This document shows, in pieces, positions 62,413 to 64,000 of a stretch of DNA of 64,000 nucleotides. The position numbers were made by a program, and so were the translations under genes. Every line of letters starts with the position of its first letter. The first letter of the stretch is position 1. The notes beneath the pieces are model-generated. The model did no database searches and was not told the DNA's origin. It saw only the letters and a list, made by a program, of their open reading frames with translations. This stretch comes from Callorhinchus milii (taxonomy: Eukaryota): positions 16,244,001 to 16,308,000 of the forward strand of contig NW_024704754.1 in assembly GCF_018977255.1 (NCBI RefSeq), in the 5' to 3' direction.

Positions 62413-63289
62413 AATGTCCCCAAAAATATAGATGAATTTGCTTTCACAGTTACTTTGCCACATTTGTCTGCATCATGGTCATTGCACTCCCAAAACTCCA
62501 TTGCACTCTTTGAAGAGATATTTTGACGCTCTGTGGCGATATATCAAATGTAAGCATTACTTATACTGCTCAATTTACCAATAAAGTAAGAAACTTGGTC
62601 AAATAGCCTCAACAGCAAATTTTCTACCAGACTGACATCACACAACCCGGGCATTTTATAATAAGTAGTGTAGTGCGAGGGACAGAGTTGGAAGAATTTT
62701 CAATGGTTTTATATAGATCTCGGTTGCTGTGCTGAAAACCAACCTCACGCCAATTAGCATTTAATACCAAAAAAAGGGGTCTATTCGAAAATGTCACTGT
62801 ATTCCCCATAGACTTAATTCCACTGCCTCGGCTCACGATGACAGTATGCACAGGTTTTCAAAAGTTTAAGTGGCACAGTCGTTCGGGTTGAGTGAACGAA
62901 AAGCAACGAATGGTCACTCAGAGGTCAACTGCTTTGCATCGGTTCAACAGGCTATCAGACACTGGGACAGGCCCTGGTGGAAGATGTGTTCAATCCAAGG
63001 GAGGCGGTAAGAATTTTCTCATGTAAAAATTGCTCGAGTGTAAGGTGGGGGGGGGGGAATTCCTGACCGTGCCCATAGCTGAGATAGACAAATATCAGTC
63101 AGACATCCGTTCCGAGAAAGTGACGAAAAGTTTGGATGATAAAGTAAATCTCTGAATTCCTGGAAATCGGAAATAACACACAGAAAACGCAGGCAGCACA
63201 CAACGGATTTGAGCTGCGTTTAAAAAGAGAAACACAGGTTGATACATTCTGGATCACACCCAAACCGAATCCAAATCACTCACCTACAC

Positions 63290-63462
63290 CTCTCTTTCAA
63301 GGTGCTGATGAACTTGCTGTGTACTGACACCAACTTCTTCGACCAAACCTATGATCACCTCCCGCACCTTCTCCCCCTGGCTCGGCACCCAACCCCACTT
63401 CCGTGCAGCGCTCTGAGATGCTATCTTGCCTGAAGGGCGCTACACAAATACAAGTTTTTGTT
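63290..63462 (+). mobile_element. L2 LINE 3' end
   Basis: TTCTTCGACCAAACCTATGATCACC...GCAGCGCTCTGAGATG...GGCGCTACACAAATACAAG. Confidence 0.6.
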
Positions 63463-64000
63463 TGAATTTAGGTCGAATTACACAGAACGTTACTGCCCGG
63501 AAAACAATCAAACATTCAGCCCTGACAAGTTAGGAACACAAGATTATTATGTGAAGGCCAAGGCAATGTCTTAGGCCAGAAGATACTTTTCTGAGTCTCT
63601 GCAGAACGCAGTATGCCTGCCAGGAAATTAAGACGTCAGAACCTACCTGACAGTAGTACTTATTTGAGTCAAGTTACCTTGCTCAGCTCTGGAGATTGGC
63701 GTTTGCTGAACAAGGCCTATTCTATGCACTGCGGAGATTGTTTGCAGCTTGGCATGTGGCCTGGCTGCACTGATCAATAACTCGCTGGCCTGTGTTTCAA
63801 TTACCTGCCTTTTGGTTTCATCCAACTGCGTCGAACCCTCCCTTCAGACAAACCCAGGTCAGGGGCTTACCCTGAGCAGCAATGAGATGGTGAGCGCCAT
63901 GTCAGTCACCTGCCAAACTCACACACGCTTCTTCTCTAGCAAAGGAATAATGAACTTTGATGATGGCAATAATAATCCTCTCACTTGACACAGCCCCTCA

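Overview
This 64-kb window is repeat-rich, almost certainly non-coding vertebrate DNA, either a large intron or intergenic. The dominant repeat is a tRNA-headed SINE with an L2-type (TTA)n tail, accompanied by Deu-domain SINE remnants and CR1 and L2 LINE 3' fragments. From memory this mix resembles a cartilaginous fish, most likely a holocephalan such as elephant shark; I could not verify that by search. None of the ORFs in the track is a recognisable protein: they are chance ORFs, decayed LINE ORF2 pieces or a tandem-repeat readout. Unique sequence contains several minus-strand splice-signal candidates. The best is an 80-nt exon closed in all frames at 54914-54993, which suggests a minus-strand host transcript I cannot name. 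Other notable items are a locally duplicated ~60-80 bp microexon-like motif, a two-copy ~168-bp TA-flanked MITE, an unclassified structured short repeat family, a perfect 24-bp minisatellite and a strong CTCF motif. I found no convincing novel biological system. All alignments were done by eye and repeat boundaries are approximate.
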